This document shows positions 12,389 through 27,342 of a DNA stretch of 64,000 nt, piece by piece; the stretch's first letter is position 1; each line of letters begins with the position of its first letter. This DNA comes from the human T2T-CHM13v2.0 reference genome, Homo sapiens. Under the pieces are notes generated by a model, which was not told where the DNA came from, made no database searches, and saw only the letters and a list, made by a program, of their open reading frames with translations. The DNA lies in NCBI RefSeq assembly GCF_009914755.1, contig NC_060927.1. One strand, written 5' to 3'. Made by a program: the position numbers and the translations under genes.

Positions 12389-15194
12389 AGATGTAGTATG
12401 TCATCTAGGAGCTCAGAGTCATGGTCTCGCTAAAGAGACGCTACTCAAAGAGAAAGAGAAGGGTTTTTGTCTGCATGTTTGTTTTGTTTCAACATCATCT
12501 AGCCCAGCATTGCCCACAATCGTCACTCAACATCCGGCCCGACTAACTTACAAGGCACTGCTGTCCTTACAAGTGTCCACACCTGCCATTTGATCATCTG
12601 GGTGAGAGGAGGGGGTCAATATCTATCTAAGTCTAATTTCCTGAGGCTTGTATCAGTTGCTTCTGAACTGTAAGTGGCCCTTTGGGGTAGAATTGAAAGA
12701 CTGGTCCACAGGACCTTAGAGCTAGAGGAGTCCTAGGGGTCTTCTGGTCCCACCTCCATCCAGTGCAGCATTTAATCCACTGTACCTTGGAGTAACCTCC
12801 ATCTAGTCTCTGACAATGTCTCCTGGGAAACTCCTAGTATTCACCAAAAGTCAAGAAACTAGCTGCATTCCAATGGGAAGAAGCCAGGGTAGGAGAAGAG
12901 GAAGTAAGAGAGCTGTCCCTGAAACCCACCAGGATCTTTATCCCTCCTTTCAATGAGGTTCCTTAGGAATCTCACAGTGGGAGGAAATCAATATCTTTCA
13001 ATAGACCAGTGCATTTCCTTTGACCTGTGAAGGAGGGCTGGGGAGAAGGGGAAATGAAAGGATTTGATAAATGAGACACATTTGCCAACAGATTCTTTTT
13101 TAAAAAAAAAAAGAAAAAAAAAAAGCACTTCTGACTGGTTGGGCTAATTCAGTTTGGTTGGAGTGGTGTGTATGTTAGCTCTGACATACTTTGGGAACAT
13201 CTTTTAATGTTTCATTGCCTTTGCTTTCATAATTGTGTGCATTTAGGACCAAGAGCCTGGGTTTCTTCCTTCTGATTAGCAACAAGATTCCTCACAGCTT
13301 TAGGGGTCTAGGGAAAGAAAATAAAAAAAGCCCTGCATAGCCAGACCAGGACTGTATCCTTTCTGCTGCTCCTTCACACCTTTTCAAGCTTGGTGATTTC
13401 AGCTACTTCTCCAAATGTAATAATCTTTTAAACTGTCTACATTCAATCTGTTCCCAGGCAGGAGCTTAAACTACCCGCCCGCTCGCCCGCCCCCCGCTTT
13501 GGAAGTTTATCGGACAGATCTACAGAGGCTTTTCAGGGAGGATGTTTACAAAGGACTTTTAGTGTTGCCAAGAAAAGAGAGAGAAGGGGAATGATGGGAT
13601 TTCTGTAGGGCAGTTTCAGAGGTAGTGAGATTTTAACATAAAAAGGACCTTTCTTTACCTCCTAACACGTCCAAAGGCAGATGGCAACAGGGGCCAACAG
13701 CGTCCTTGTGGGCGGGGTCCCTCCTAATCACTGGAGCCAGTGGAGTTTTCCTGTTACGTTAGAGTCTTGGGCTCACTTATTACAGCTGGAACCATCCCAG
13801 AGATGAGAGCCTGTAGCTCCACGCTGCCCCACTCCTCTGCTTCCTGTAGAGTCCCTTTCTCTCATGGGGAAGGGAAGGAGCTTCTTAAAACGTAATGCTG
13901 TGCTTCATAACACTCGTAGCTATAATACATAACTGCTGCAATAACCATGTAAGAAAAAATGTGTTTTCTTTGGGGAGGGGGAAATTCTAGAACATGCCAA
14001 TCACCACATCTAATAAATCATGTGACGAAAGCACAGGGCATTTTGAATATAAGTTCGGTAATATCAGAATGATTTTGAAGTTGTGTGTCTGTTAAGGTGT
14101 TTACAACTCCGAAAGTCCTAATTGTAATAAATTTAAATGCATTTGGTATTTGGTTTATTAAGCTTGGATTCATTATGTGAGACATTTCCCCCCCGTATTC
14201 AAACATACATCAATACAGAGCTAGCTCTGGAGAACAACTTTACTTAACAAATCACTTTAGAAGCTTTTTTTTTTTAAACATCCCAGAAAAATACTGCTGC
14301 AGCCAGACTTGGGAAACAATTTTTTTTTCTGATAAGGATGACATCATTTTATCCTAGTAAAAGCTGAGTTTTCATCATCATAATTAAGCAGGAGAGAAAT
14401 GATTCCCCGTGAACTGCATGACAAGCTGTGTAACTGTAGTTAATTTTAATGAACAAGCTCCATTTTTGAATTGTTAATCTCCATTTCTTTCATTTTAGTC
14501 AAGACTAAAACTTAATGAATTTCAACAATGAGTTTCCCCCTCCCCTTTCAATGAACTCTTACATTTCAAGTACCTTAGAGAGGAGAAAATGAATTTATCT
14601 CATTTTTTTGAAGCTGAAGTCTTCAATTGTAAGAAGAAAGACTCTTCATTCATGGCAGCGTCTCTGTGTGATGAAAAAGAAAAATCTAAAAGAGACCTTC
14701 TAAAGAAAGTCCACTGCAAAGTGAGTGGGAGGTAGAGCTGTGTGTTGGGAGGAAGGGGAAGAGGTTGACGTTCAGCCGGAAATTTCTACAGGGGTTCAAT
14801 ACATAGGGAAGCCTTCAAGTTATGTAATATATTAGCATGAAGAAATCCTGGGCACCAAGTTTTATATTTCATGGCACTGTTGTCAGCAGAACAAACACAC
14901 ACATTTTTTTTTTGTTTTAATAAACAATTTTTAGAGCAGTTTTAGTCTCACTGTATTGTGTGTGTTTTTTTTAAAGAAGAAAAAACATGTGTCTCAACAC
15001 ATTGCCAAGAAAGAGCTTCCAGAACAAAGAGCAGCAGTAAGATAATTATTGAATATCAAACAAAATCCTGGAGCAGGCTTAACTGACCAGGTTACTTCCA
15101 CCCACCACTGGGTGGTAGCATGACTGAAACCTTCATTCCCAGGTAAATCCTCAAATCTCCCCCATTCTCCGCAGGTCACTGATGTCCCTGTTTG

Positions 15195-15197
<3 letters not shown>

Positions 15198-15239
<42 letters not shown>

Positions 15240-15256
15240 TGTGAGTGTGTGTGTGT
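15198..15256. repeat. (GT)n microsatellite
   Basis: About 20 pure GT units followed by an interrupted GT/GA extension. Confidence 0.97.
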
Positions 15257-15689
15257 CTTTTGAATCACTAGAATGCTGTCCCGATTGAATGTGATCTGCA
15301 GCCATCATGACAGAAGGTATTGTTCTGACCTTTTCAATCAACAGTTTTCAATCTAGGGCACACAGAGGTGGCTTAGACGGAGGTCACCACAGGGCATGTG
15401 GCCTGAACTATGGTCCTAGGCTTGAGTTTTAGGACACCACAGGATATGCATAATCAGCAAAAGGAAATGAAATGAAAGTTTCCCTGTTAAACTTCAATCA
15501 TGCACGTACGTCCTCTCCACAGCCCCACTGCAAAGGAAAAATTTAGGGTCGCCTGGTGTAGAGGGTCCCAACCTTCACTGCCTAGAACCCTTCTGGGCTA
15601 CAAGTTTTAAAAGATCTTTGCCCACCAATAGGTTACTTTTATTAAATAATAATTCCATTTCTCATTTTTCATTAATCACAACTAGTCCC

Positions 15690-15880
15690 AACAGCAGCTA
15701 CCTTTTATCGAAGGCTCACCGTAGACCTACCCCAACAGCACCCTGAGGTTCAGATTCTTGTCCTTACTTTACAGGTGAAAGCATCGAAGTTCACAGAGAT
15801 CAAGTAGTTCCATCAAAGCCACTCTGCTAGGAAGCAGATGAGCACAGGCTTGACCCCAGATCTGTCTGCTGTCAAAACCC
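15690..15880 (-). mobile_element. MIR
   Basis: tttacaggtgaaagcatcgaagttcacagagatcaagtagttcc...ggcttgaccccagatctgtctg. Confidence 0.65.
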
Positions 15881-17129
15881 AGGCAATGAATCACAGTTCT
15901 ATTTGGCCAGGCAGACCTTCTTGTTTGCATGAGGTAGTCCCCAGGGTTACCACACAGCCAAAAGCAAAGCAAGGAGGCATCTTCATCAGACTGTGCCACC
16001 CATATCCAGGCAAATGAAGGATTGCCATGAAGCTTTTTGAAATATTGAAAATTGCTCATAGACCCATTCTCTTTCTGTGGGTTCAGAGATAGATAATTGC
16101 TCGCTATAGCCCAGTCTCTCACTTACAAGACAAGGACACAGAGAACAGGGCTCCCAGCCCTCCTCCACCGTTAGAGACCCTTGGGAAAGGAGAAATCGTA
16201 GCTGGGCTTAGGGAAGACATTGCTCTATTCTTTACTTTTCTCCAATGCGAAATTACTTTCCCTGGAATTCTATTCCTCACTGCCTGAGAAGTAAAGGCTT
16301 CAGCCTCAACTAACAAATATCAGAGAATTATGTTTTTTTAAAAATGTCTTCGGTTGAATGATGTTACCAGTATGTGACCTGACGTCTCCAAGATTTTGGA
16401 GATCCCACATGCTGACCGCTTCTGGCCACTCCAAAACAATCTGGGAACAAAATCTGCCGGCCAAGCAATACAAAGAGCAAGCTGGGTCATCCGTCATCAG
16501 CAGACACCCTGACGCGTGCTCCCTCACACTGCAGAGGTGGGGGTGGCCTGGAAGAAGGGGTGCATTTCAACAGATCTTACTGGGATCGAAAACATAAATT
16601 AGTACTCAATCGGCTTTGAGATAAGTCCATTTTGAAAATAACATTTGAGAAGCACCGTGAACCCAGCTTCTCTCTTGGCTGAAAGGGCCCAGGAGCTCAA
16701 ATTTCTGTTGACTGTGAAAGGCTGGGGGCTGCCCGGAGCCTATTTGTCTCTGTGCCCCCACGGTGCCTAATGTACAACTTGGCAGACTGCAGTATTAAGG
16801 AAATACTGGCTTTATTACTAAAAATAAAGCCCAGAAACTCCAGGGTTGGCAAGGCGGAGGGATGGGGGTTTGGGGAGGACACTGGGAGAACCCTCTTTCT
16901 GTATCTAGGATCCCCTTCTCCTGGGAGTCTTCTGAAGCCCACCACTCCCACCTTCATGGTGGTCTCAGGGAAGGGTGATACTTCCTCTTACAGGCTGGCT
17001 CCAGTGACCTTCCAGGTGCGGTCTGGAGCCTGCTGAGGGGAGGCAAGCATATTTAAAAAAAAAAAAGATTCCAGCAAGGAAATAAGAAGCCACAGAGGGA
17101 GGCGACTGAGAGACCCAGTGAATGTTGAC

Positions 17130-17298
17130 AAGCTGGCTTTAAAATGGGGCTTACTTGTCATCCACCATGGGGCACCATGAACCTTGAGAAGCTGGCTTTA
17201 AAATGGGGCTTACTTGTCATCCACCGTGGGGCACCATGAACCTTGAGAAGCTGGCTTTAAAATGGGGCTTACAGATGATCCGCTGTGGGGCACCATGG
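17130..17298. repeat. 59-bp tandem repeat, ~2.8 copies
   Basis: agctggctttaaaatggggcttac starts at 17131, 17190 and 17249. Confidence 0.95.
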
Positions 17299-18074
17299 GC
17301 CCTTTCACTGCCTCTGTGTGGAAGAGGACATATCTCACCCATATCCCCCAGCAGGGCTACCTTAGACCCCTACAGTTCTTCATGCCCGCTGGCCAAAGAC
17401 ACCCCTCACAAGTGATTCAGAAATTCTACAAACATGACAGTAAGCCTATATTTTTATAATACAGTTAGAAATGTTTTTTAAAAGGAAACAAGAAATAATA
17501 TGCATGCTAATTGAATTATATTGCATTATTAAGACATGAGAAACCAATACCCTAGAAATCTATAACTCATTTTAGGGCTGACTTCAGAGCAAAAAGTTTA
17601 TTCTCTCCATATACTTGAGAAGTGCCCTGGACTGCAATGCTACCCTCAGATAACTTTCTATTTGCAACCTGGAAAGGAAGCAACAAAACAAATGCAGATG
17701 TTTATCAGATGCAGAGGCTGATAAGATAGCAACTATCTCCCACTTCTACAATTTCAAAATGTCGTTAGTCAAAACAAACAACCTCCTGTTGAAATGTTAA
17801 TAAATGTTATAAATTTGAACATACAAAATAAAGTTATGCCAGCTAAATATCACTTATATATATATATATATTTATAGAGTTCCACATTAAACTTCATTTT
17901 TCCAAAAGACTTCTGTGTCTGAAAGTTCAAAAGCCCCTCTCTAGATTATTAAAGAGAGGTTGAGCCTTTTCACCTGTTCCCCAGCACCCTGAAACCTACC
18001 TACCTACAGATGTGTCCTCATCCTCGTAGCATGGTATAGGAAAATGCATTTCAATGCAGTTTGACCCAGGAGAT

Positions 18075-18420
18075 ACAGTCTTGTGCCATGTAAGTGACAG
18101 TGGTCTCACAGGATTATGATAGAGCTGCCCTATACAGGCCCATCTTAATCCTTTAGACTGCATTTTTACTGTACTATTTTTGTGTTTAAATATGTTTAGA
18201 TACACAAATACTTACCACTGTGTTACAACAGCCTACAGTACTCAATACGGTAACATACTATACAGATTTGTAGCCTAGGAGCAATAGGCTAGATCACATA
18301 GCCTACAAGTGTGGTAAGTTGTACCATCTAGGTTTGTGTAAGTACACTCTGTGACGTTCACACAACAATGGAATTACCTAAGCACACATTTCACAGAACG
18401 TGTCCTCGTTGTGAAGCATT
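18075..18420. mobile_element. Tigger3 (Golem/MER7)-type DNA transposon fragment
   Basis: tatgtttagatacacaaatacttaccactgtgttacaa...tttgtagcctaggagcaataggcta...taggtttgtgtaagtacactct. Confidence 0.8.
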
Positions 18421-18737
18421 GAATGAGTGTTTTTGAGCTGAAGCTTTGTTGGGTAGGAAGGGGAAAAGGGAGATGGAGGCCAATACAATGAACATCTCAG
18501 TTCATGCTCACTGAGCCCTTTGTTGACTCCCCACTTCTCTCCCTTATGATAATTTTCTTGGGTTTGAAGAACCATTATCCACCTTCTAAAGCCAAACAGT
18601 GTTATGAGTTGAGTCAAATATACACCTACAAACACTGAGGGAGGACAGTCTTTGGAAGCGCTTTGAAGAATCATCTTCTTATGCACAGCAGCCCTACTGA
18701 CTGCTCGGATTACTGGTCAGCACGCCTGCACATCAGG

Positions 18738-19095
18738 GCCTAAGTCTATTTGGGCTGCTATAACCAAATGCCCCAGAGCAGGTGACATGTCAATAACACA
18801 AACTGATTTCTCACAATTCTTGAGGCTGGGAAGTCCAAGATCAAGGCACCATCAGATTCAGTGTCTGGGAAGGGCCTGCTTTCTAGTTCATAGATGGTAC
18901 CTTCTCACTGTGTCTGCCCCGTCCATCAGAAAAATTCCCAAGAAATAGTGGAAAAAGAGAACTCTGATCTCTTCAGCCTTTTATAACAGCACAAATCCCT
19001 TCCAAAGACCCCACCTCCTAATGCCATCATATCACAGTGGCAATTAAGTGTCAACATACAAATTTGGGAGGGGCACAAACATCCAGCCCATAACA
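18738..19095 (-). mobile_element. MLT1A/MLT1A0 solo LTR
   Basis: ggctgctataaccaaatg...gaggctgggaagtccaagatcaaggcacc...aatttgggaggggcacaaacatccagcccataaca. Confidence 0.85.
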
Positions 19096-19131
19096 GGGCC
19101 AAAGGGCCCTTCTGAACAACTGTACCAACCC

Positions 19132-19837
19132 TGTCAGCAGTGGCAAATCCAACAGGTCTACAGCAAACTTGATTCTCGCCTCCCCGGAGGAAAGAATTCA
19201 TCTAAGGGGCACAAGGGAGAGGGAGAGACCATGACAAGTTTTAGACCAGGAGTGAAAATTTATTAAAAAGTTTTAAAGCAGGAATGAAAGGAAGTAGAGT
19301 ACACTTGGAAGAGAGTCACGTCAGTGACTTGAAAGTTCCAAGCACAGTGCTTGGCCCTTGACTTGGGGTTTTATACGTTGGCATGGTTCCGGGGGCTACA
19401 TCTCTTCTCCCCTGATTCTTCCCTTGGGGTGGGCTGTCCACATGCACTGTGTCTGCCAGCACTTGGCAGGGTTGGCATGTGCAGTGGGTTTATTGAAGTT
19501 GTGTGTGTGCTCACTTAAGGTGTTTTTCCCTTACCAGTCAAGCGTTCCTAGAGGAAGGTCATATACCAGTTAAACTCCGCCATTGTGCCTCTTAGTGCGC
19601 AAGCTAGGGCCCACTCACACAACTCCGGAGATCTTATCCGGAAGCTGCTGTTCATCAGCCTCAGGTATTTTCTGTCTATTGGGAGACTGCCTTTCCCTGG
19701 TGCTGGCTGTGGACAATTATTATTTTTGAGAGTTTAAGAACCACCTCATCGTCACCTGATAGTCACCTGACATTCCTGGGGGTGGAGGGGGGGCCTGTCC
19801 TGCCCTGCTCATGTCTGCCTAACTACCTACTCTAACA
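19132..19837 (-). mobile_element. MER50 solo LTR (ERV1)
   Basis: Minus strand starts TGTTAGAGTAGGTAGTTAGGCAGACATGAGCAGGGCAGG, contains TATAAAACCCCAAGTC; TG...CA ends; 4-bp TSD ACCC at 19128-19131 and 19838-19841. Confidence 0.88.
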
Positions 19838-20465
19838 ACCCCACAATTACATATAAGGACACTGAGGCCATGAGAGGGGAAGTGACTTACCCAAGGTCAC
19901 ACCACACATGACCCTTTGGCACTGTGTTTCCTATTCCTCCCATAATGCCTCACATTGTCACTTGTGATGAGGGTCAGCTCTGAGGTGACATAGTTAACCT
20001 TCATTCTGAAAGATATTAGGAGTGATTTATATTTTTGAATGTGGCTAATGGTAGAAATAAAATGATAATGAGAAAGCAACACATACTTTCAACGTGACTG
20101 CTCACCAGAGCTAACATTAAGCCTGATTTGATCGTACCCATTAGAGATTTCAGCTGAACATTATGAGGATATTTCTTGGGAATTTATCTGATGGATGTGG
20201 CAGGATCAGCTGCTAAGGATAAAGAACCGTCACTGAAATGTCCGACTAGACAAACTTTTTTCAGTTAGAGGTATGAGAGAATTTGTCACGCTACATGTAA
20301 ATCAATTCATTTCTAAAACGAAGCAGCTACTTTTAAAATTATTTTTTACATTGCAAGCTGTTTTACCTTTATTAGCCTGCTTTATCAGTAAAAAGGTGTT
20401 TGGGGAAGGTAGATTTTATTTATTAATCATTTCACATGTTGGGTTTTATTAAGGTGAGTCACCTA

Positions 20466-20809
<344 letters not shown>

Positions 20810-21136
20810 TCATCTGGTCCAACCTCTTTATTTTCCAAATGAGGTGGCTGTGATTCAGAGAGGGAAAGTGACAATTCCAAGGTCACACAGCAAGCAACAT
20901 CAGAGCCAGGACTATGACAACTTCTCCAGACTAGGTCAAGGCTTTGTTTGATTAACAGCCAATAGAGCTCCCTGTGCTGTAAGTTGTAGGAACAAGACCA
21001 CAGTATTGAAAATACAAAGGAACACAGTCCACTTTCTTTATGAATCTTTTTTTCTTATAAAAATAAAATATTTTCACTTACCCAATTTCAAAAAATTTTT
21101 AAATAGCTTATACTAAGACAATGTGTACAGCCACAG

Positions 21137-21406
21137 TACATCCCAGTGTTTTGGGAGGCCAAGGAGGGAGGATGGCTTGAGGGCAGGACTTCAAGACAAA
21201 CCTGGGCAACATAGCAAGACCCTATCTCTACAAAAAATTTTTAAGAATGAGCTGGGCATGATGATACGTACCTGTAGTCCTAGTTACTCAGGCAGCCAAC
21301 ACGAGAGGATCGCTTGAGTCCAAGAGGTTGATGCTGCAGTGAGCCGTGACCACATCACTGCACTTCAGCCTGCACAGCAGAGCGAGACCCTGTCTCTAAA
21401 AAAAAA
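21137..21406 (+). mobile_element. Diverged AluJ
   Basis: Alu dimer missing its first ~25 nt. Confidence 0.85.
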
Positions 21407-21595
21407 GAGCAAAGTAAAAAGACACTTGTAACCAAAACAGAAGAGATGAAGAAAGAAAGCTAGGGGAAATAAGAATGTACATATGATGCATGCACATGTG
21501 TATGTGTGTGGTCTGTCTGTGAGGGGGTGGCCAAAGAATACATAATTTGGGTAAAATTTAAACCTCTAATAAGAACGGTCACTGAAATTAATTTT

Positions 21596-21907
<312 letters not shown>

Positions 21908-22610
21908 TAAGATCTGAGTTTCCTGGTAATAAAGTTTTCATTTGCTTGTTTATTTCCCCCCCCAAAAAACCCTTCAATTGAGGTTTCTAAATATTCGTTT
22001 TTTCTCCCCTCCGATCCCATCGCATTGCCCTATGTCCCAGCCTGAGAAGCATGGAGCAGAATCACAGCACATTGGAGCTGGAAGGCTCCTTAAACACCGC
22101 CAAGTGCAGCCCTCCCAGTTGACGGAGGGACACCTGGAGCCCCAGAGAGGAAAGTAGCATGCCACAGTCATAACAGTCCACAAAAAGCGGGTGCTGTAGA
22201 GACACCGAACACTTCATGCCCGCGTTTCAGGGATTTCATAGCCGCAGACGGCATCCCTGATCCCCATTGGTCCCATTCTCAAGAACCTTGAGCCTGATGA
22301 TCTTGGAACTTTTTCCTCCCACGGGGCCTTACCAGGTACAAAGTCTTTTCACCCCTGCTGTGTCGCATGGGACCGCGACTTATCCCTGTGAGGCAAGAAG
22401 GCAGAGAAGAAAATTGGGCCTCAGAGAACCGGAGACTCAGCCAAGGTCACAGGGCCAGTCAGCGCTGGTGGTGGGAACTCAGGGTGCTGCAGCCAAGGAC
22501 ACTCCTTCCTCTCCATGCTGGGGGCTCCCTGGGAGCACGGCAGACAGTGAGCAACGAGCCCGTGCACTCCGTCGTCCACCGCAGAAAACGCTGCAAGGAT
22601 ATTGCTGACG

Positions 22611-23097
<487 letters not shown>

Positions 23098-25639
23098 TCA
23101 AGTTTTGTGGAGCACCAATGGGTACCTCAACAGGTGACCTGCAAAATCCATGGCAGGCAGAGGCTTCTGGGCATGCGGTTCACAGGGCTCATGATTGAAA
23201 GCAATTAAGAGAAACTTCAAAGTGAGATTCACGGGGTCTGGATGAGGTAAGAACTCTTGGAAGCATAGGGAAAAATTAAAGCAATTGTCAAGCCTGAAGG
23301 GGAAGAAAAGATCACCTCTGCAGTCCACGTTCTACCTCTGGACCTAAGGCTTAAAGTTTAAAATAATAATAATAATAACCTGGCATCTTGTTTTGATTTA
23401 AGTATGAAAAGCCGGTGTCTGCAGGCGGCTGCTGAGCTAAGCGCTTTTCCTGCTGGGGCACCGTGGAGCTGTTGTCAGAGGTGCGGGATAACTCGAAGCA
23501 GAGCCAGCCCAGCTGGGCGGCCGGACCCCCGTTTGAGTTTGCAATGCCGGCAGTTAGAAAAAGTGTCTCCAACTTGTAAACACAGCAAATTTGATCTGGA
23601 AGTCATTGAGAAAACATAAACACGGAACCTCACGCAGTCCTGTTTACACTCTTCCAGCCCTGGTGAAAGATGAGCTCCTTATGGAAGGATTTTTTTTTTT
23701 CCAAAGGCGCTTTTCTTTTTAAAATAAAAATCCCAAGAAGTATGTATTGCCACCAAGACCAAAATCCCAACAGAGACCACGAGTGCATGAACAAGTGTTG
23801 CTTCAGCAGGTGACAATCATAGTGTCACATTTATTCGAGTTGTCTTCTGCAGTTGCAGAAACTCTGCTTTATCAAAAATCCATTGTTTTTGAGGTGGAAA
23901 TTAACATGACTGGAACGGCGTCTAAAACCATATCCTTGGTTGAGAATATGGTTTCATAACTATTTCCTGTTTCCCAAATCCATTCTAAATGTGTAGTAAC
24001 ATGAACCAGGAATTTAGTCCAGTATATCTTCATACGACCAATAAATAAATGGAAGGCACAGATGGAGGAAGGGACTTACTTAAGGTCACAGAGAGCTTGT
24101 TAGTGTCAGAGACAAAAATAGGACAGCGATTTCCTGGTTTCTACTAGTTCTTTCAGGACATGTCTCTTCCAGGAATTGCTACTGACACTTTTGCCCAAGG
24201 GCGTTTATTAAATAGTGTGTTCTGTGTGGAGCAGGTATGGGCTTTATTTCACAAACTTGGCATGAAAGAAATGCCACATGATTTTTCTTTAAAAAAATTA
24301 ATTCTGCTGAGGAGTCTCCAGTTCACTGGGTGGGTGAAGAAATTGACTAATTCGGTCATTAGTGACTAGGGCCCATCCTGGAAGCAGCATCACCTACATT
24401 GTGCGGTGGAAGGGACCAAGGTGTGGAAGTGGAGCAGCCTTAAGAGAGGCTCTGGTTTTCAGTCCCCACCAGCACAATGACCTCCTCACCATACCCCAGG
24501 GCCTCTGCCGGCCAGCAGCTCCTCTGCTCCTGGGCTGTGGCCTCTGCAAGGATAGGGTCAGCAGCCTCTCCCTCCCCAGATTCTGCGTCCACCCCTGCAA
24601 CCCTGGGAGGGAAGAGAGTAAGGCCTGGGATCCCCGCACTGTTCCTCTCTGAAGTCTGGAAGGACGTCTCCAGCCCACTTTTCCCTCCCTGCACCCAAAT
24701 CTCCTTCTGTGTCCCAGCCTCTCTCACTGCCTCCTTTCCTGGTTAGCATAATCTTCTCTAAAGCAAGGCCAGAATGTAAGAGAGAAGGGTTTTGAGGAAC
24801 TCCTGCTTTCCGTCCTATCAAGGAATCCTGAGACAAGGAAACCCAAATACCTAACAATAGAATTCTAAATTAATATCTCAATCAATTACTCTGCCACTTA
24901 GATATGCCACCTTGACCACGCAGAATTCAAATTCAAATCCTTTTACAATGAAAACAATAATGCATTTGCACGTCTGACCATCTACAGAGCACATTCGTTC
25001 AACTCACCAGCTCCTTTCATCCTCAAACACTGCAAAGTAGGTCTTTGTCACCCCATTTTACAGATGAGGAGACCAAGGATTCATGAAGTGATGAGGTATT
25101 TGTAGTGACTTTTTCCTGGTCCTGAGAAGAGGATGGCAAGCCCTGTGTTTCAGATACCCCCTGAACTTGGTCAACCCTCAGTAAATCCACACTTGATCCC
25201 ACTCCATGATATCTTTTCTCTTTCACTGCTAAACGGCCTGATGAACTTAGCTGAAGCTACCAGATACAACTTTCAACATCCTTCTAGGTGGATCCTCGTT
25301 GTTTTTGTTCACTCAGCTTCAAGGTTAAAAAAAACAAGCAAAAAAAAAAAGACCAAAGATCATAAACAATCTTGCTACTTTTCATGCCTCCTCAGCATTT
25401 GAAAGTTTTGGCAAAAAACCCAGTGAATGATAAAAAGAATTGTTTACATTCTCGAAGGCAATTTGGTTGAGGTCCTTGTGCCCTGGTGCCAAGACTTCTG
25501 AGACTCTCGGTCTCTATTTGTCCCCCGCCTGATTTCTGTCCTGATTGGCACCTACAAAAAAGGCTTTGGCATTCAGTGGCGCCAACTTCCTCATCTCCCT
25601 GGAGAAACAGGCTACAAACCCACGAGAGGATCCAATGCA

Positions 25640-25870
25640 TCCAGTCACTCAGCAAACATTCATGGAGAAGCTACTGTGTGCCAGGCATTGTTCCAGGCAT
25701 GGAGGGATACAGTCACAAACAAAACCAAGTCCCTGCCCTAACGGAACTCCTCAGGGGAGGGGGTGCACATTAAATAACCATAATAAATAATATTTCAGAT
25801 GATGGTATGTGGTATGAATAAATAATATTTCAGATGATGATATGTGGTATGAAGAAAATACAGCAGGGGA
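25640..25870 (-). mobile_element. L2 fragment containing a 35-bp tandem duplication (25782-25853)
   Basis: cactcagcaaacattcatggagaagctactgtgtgccaggcattgttccagg; aataaataatatttcagatgatg(g/a)tatgtggtatg occurs twice. Confidence 0.7.
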
Positions 25871-26144
25871 AGGGGGATGCTCTTCAGAAGAACAGCCCCT
25901 CCAGGAGTGCTTAGGACGCTGGCTGCAAAAATTCACGCACATTTCTAACGCCACTTCATCTCCCTTTAGTAGTTTTGCGAGCAGGCAGGAAATAGGAAAT
26001 CGTTGGCATAAGTGTGCCCTGAAAGATGTCAAAGGCTGGATCCATCCACAAAAGCAACTGCAACACTGAGGTTGCCTGGCCTGGAGCAGGCGAGCATGGG
26101 GGAAGCAGCTCTGGGTGGGTAGTTGGCAGCCCTGACCTTTGTTT

Positions 26145-26286
26145 CCCGATCTGCCACCCAGGCTCAGTATGCCCTTCCCCATATCCCTTCACCCGATCTG
26201 CCACCCAGGCTCAGTATGCCCTTCCCCACATCCCTTCACCCGATCTGCCACCCAGGCTCAGTATGCCCTTCCCCACATCCCTTCAC
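26145..26286. repeat. 47-bp minisatellite, 3 copies
   Basis: cccgatctgccacccaggctcagtatgcccttcccca(t/c)atcccttca x3, one mismatch. Confidence 0.97.
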
Positions 26287-26456
26287 ATCGCTGGATCCTC
26301 TGTAAAATGGAATATACAGCAGGTTGAGAGTTTCCTCTTTCCAGCCATCATTTTCTCCTAGCGCCATATTCTCTCAGACTTTTATTCCACATAGTCACTT
26401 TATTTTGGGTTTAAGTAGTTAATTTAGAAAAATGTCCCAAAGAGAGGGTTGATAGA

Positions 26457-26570
26457 CCCCAGGAGTTCGAGGCAGTGAGCTATGATCGTGCCACTGCATA
26501 CCAGTCTGGGTGACAGAGCAAGAGCCCCCCCACCCCCCCCCCAAAAAAAAAAGAAGAAGAGAAAAAAAAC
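26457..26570 (+). mobile_element. Alu 3' fragment (FRAM/AluJ-like)
   Basis: cccaggagttcgaggcagtgagctatgatcgtgccactgcataccagtctgggtgacagagc. Confidence 0.8.
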
Positions 26571-26997
26571 AACCTAAAGAATGGCTGGCAGACCTGGTCA
26601 AAGAGCTGTCTCAGGAAGAAATGATATATTCCTTCTCCAGCAGAAAGTGAGACCAGCCATCTAGAAACCAGAGCTAAGCCTTTGCACACACTTTATCTGA
26701 GAGAGAAAATTTAAAAATACAACCAAGAGAATTTTGGAAAAGAACAATAAAGGGAATCTTGTTTACTTACTTACAGCTTACTAGACAGCTATAGGAAGCT
26801 GCATATCATTTTGAACCATATTCCTCTGCTGGTGTGGGAAGAAGAAAATAGATCAATGCACTGAAGTGCTTCCATGACAGCTGGTAAACAGCTACTGCCC
26901 TGAACTCTCACAGTGCGTCCTGCTGACCTGGCCACCTTGGTCTCTCCCTTGGGACCCCTGACTCCTCACCCACCAGCTATTAAAGACTAACACCTGG

Positions 26998-27342
<345 letters not shown>

